IMG/VR virus record: IMGVR_UViG_3300005841_000939
Length of the DNA stretch: 64,000 nucleotides
Source: a virus
Taxonomy: Duplodnaviria; Caudoviricetes
Reading direction: 5' to 3' (one strand)
Part shown: positions 62,542 through 64,000 of the stretch, piece after piece
Position numbering within the stretch: position 1 is the first letter of the stretch
Layout of the letters: each line of letters begins with the position of its first letter
The notes under the pieces: generated by a model
Database searches by the model: none
What the model saw: the letters and a program-made list of their open reading frames with translations, nothing else
Told to the model about the DNA's origin: nothing
Made by a program: the position numbers and the translations under genes

Positions 62542-63279
62542 ATGACAGCATGGATACAAATAGATAAAGATGGTATACCTAGAACAAGAAATCATTACGA
62601 ACTATATCATGGATTTCTTGAAATAGGAGAAGAAGTTAAAACTTACCATTTTGAAGATTTATTTTCTGGCAAATTAGATAATATTACAGTTGATGATATT
62701 TTTGTTGGTACAATTGAATCAACCAATAAAGCATTACAAATTCTTGGCAAAAAAGTTCCAGATTTGACATGCTATCCTGATGAATTGATGCATTTATATG
62801 GACGTAAAATTTGGTCATCAACAGTTGGAAAAATTCGTAAAGATGTCATTGACCCACAATTCACAGCAACATTTATAAAACCAAAAAAGACAAAAAAATT
62901 TGATGGTTTCATTCTTCGTAATTCATCAGAAGTTTTTAAATTAGATGAATGTGATGATACAACTGAAATATGGTGCAATGAATTAATTGATATGCAGTCT
63001 GAATTCAGATTTTATGTTCATAATCACAATGTTATAGGTGCATATCGGTATACCGGTGATTATAAAATTGCACCAAATATAGATGAAAGAATTTTCTTAG
63101 AACCATTATATTCAATTAAAAAACCACCAACATTTTATTCTGTTGATATTGCTTTCCTTAATCATAAAGATTGGGTAGTAATTGAAATGAATGATGGGTA
63201 TGCATTAGGTAATTACACACTATCGCCACGCAAATATGCATATGCTTGCCGTGATAGATGGTATGAAATGGTTGTATAA
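62542..63279 (+). CDS. ATP-grasp domain protein (DUF4343/R2K-like)
   Basis: FIKP, SEFRFYV, YSVDIA, VIEMNDGYALGNY. Confidence 0.8.
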   Translation: MTAWIQIDKDGIPRTRNHYELYHGFLEIGEEVKTYHFEDLFSGKLDNITVDDIFVGTIESTNKALQILGKKVPDLTCYPDELMHLYGRKIWSSTVGKIRKDVIDPQFTATFIKPKKTKKFDGFILRNSSEVFKLDECDDTTEIWCNELIDMQSEFRFYVHNHNVIGAYRYTGDYKIAPNIDERIFLEPLYSIKKPPTFYSVDIAFLNHKDWVVIEMNDGYALGNYTLSPRKYAYACRDRWYEMVV

Positions 63280-63298
63280 TAGATTATCAGGAGAATCT

Positions 63299-64000
63299 AT
63301 GAAAGGTGTTATACTTGCCGGGGGATTCGGAACTCGCTTACGTCCATTCACAAAGAAGCTAAATAAAGGCTTAGCACCAATTTACACGCCTCAAGGTGCA
63401 ATTCCTCAATTAGTTTTTCCATTGAAAACTTTGACTAATTCTGGTATTACAGAAATAATGATTATTACTTCACAAGAACATTGTGGACAAATAGTTGAAA
63501 TATTCGGTGATGGCGAAGAATATGATTGCAGAATTACATATAAAATCCAAAACATGTATCCTAAAGATGGAATAGTTGGAATTGCTCAAGCATTGAAACT
63601 TTCTCAAGGATTTGTTGGTGTAGATGATTTTTCCGTTATTCTTGGCGATAATTTCTATGGTGATACCTTCAAAAGAGAGTTCAATGATTTTGAAATGAAC
63701 CCAAATATTCAAAAAGCAGCTATCTTTTTGAAAGAAGTTGATGATCCTGAAAGATTTGGTGTTGCAACTTTAGATTCAGATGGAAATGTTAAGTACATTG
63801 TAGAAAAGCCTGAGAAGCCAGAAACAAATTTTGCCGTATCTGGTCTTTATTGTTTTTCACCAGACTGTTTTGCAATTCTTCCAACACTCAAACCAAGTAG
63901 AAGAAAAGAATTGGAAATAACTGATTTAAATAATCATTATGCAAGATCAGGATGTATGAAAAGTTATACATTAGTTGGAGAGTGGTCTGATATGGGTTTA
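63299..64000 (+). CDS. rfbA: Glucose-1-phosphate thymidylyltransferase (truncated by window end; absent from the ORF track)
   Basis: Hand translation MKGVILAGGFGTRLRP...GIAQAL...VILGDN...DPERFGV...VEKP...AVSGLY...LKPSRRKELEITD; GGAG SD. Confidence 0.9.
   Translation, partial: MKGVILAGGFGTRLRPFTKKLNKGLAPIYTPQGAIPQLVFPLKTLTNSGITEIMIITSQEHCGQIVEIFGDGEEYDCRITYKIQNMYPKDGIVGIAQALKLSQGFVGVDDFSVILGDNFYGDTFKREFNDFEMNPNIQKAAIFLKEVDDPERFGVATLDSDGNVKYIVEKPEKPETNFAVSGLYCFSPDCFAILPTLKPSRRKELEITDLNNHYARSGCMKSYTLVGEWSDMGL

Noticed and set aside
63470-63712. Minus-strand 80-aa track ORF
   Set aside because: It is antisense to the clearly conserved rfbA frame starting at 63299.
1-64000. tRNA, rRNA, tmRNA or CRISPR arrays
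   Set aside because: No cloverleaf with T-loop GTTC motif and no regular repeat-spacer pattern was seen in the intergenic gaps by eye; tRNAscan-SE, ARAGORN and MinCED were not run.
1-64000. Eukaryotic giant-virus origin suggested by the PARP and fungal-type AAA ATPase
   Set aside because: Shine-Dalgarno sites, sigma70 promoters, coupled operons, a lipobox protein and tail-fibre motifs indicate a bacteriophage.

Overview
AT-rich, gene-dense window from a large tailed bacteriophage, most likely a T4-like (gp23-type capsid) jumbo phage. This assignment is an inference from Shine-Dalgarno sites, ATGA/TAATG gene overlaps, sigma70-type promoters, TATAAATA late-promoter motifs and tail-fibre repeats; no core replication gene lies in the window. 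It has four zones. (1) 1-22,200: about 80 short, co-oriented, translationally coupled ORFs that nearly all share a K-x-[N/T/D/S]-R-[Q/H/N/Y]-x-Y motif, often followed by a C-terminal [N/Y]-[E/D]-x-R-I helix. (2) 22,200-44,400: an accessory/conflict region with a split TerY-P-like triad (kinase, PP2C, vWA), a DIP1984-like coiled-coil gene followed directly by a ~196-nt structured RNA candidate (41-bp terminal stem, seven heptad UCAA repeats), three tandem 2-TM paralogues, nicotinamidase, NadD, Nudix, dCMP deaminase, GuaC, an Acb1-like 2H phosphoesterase, a PARP, DUF4326 and an AAA+ ATPase. (3) 44,400-57,100: late virion genes, including a ~1,000-aa protein with an ADP-ribosyltransferase-like N-terminus and a tail-fibre cluster. 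(4) 57,100-64,000: mostly plus-strand metabolic genes (AAA_28, thioredoxin, QueD-like, HAD, homing-endonuclease-like, ATP-grasp, truncated RfbA). No tRNA, rRNA, CRISPR array or reverse transcriptase was recognised. All family calls are motif recognition by eye, not database searches.
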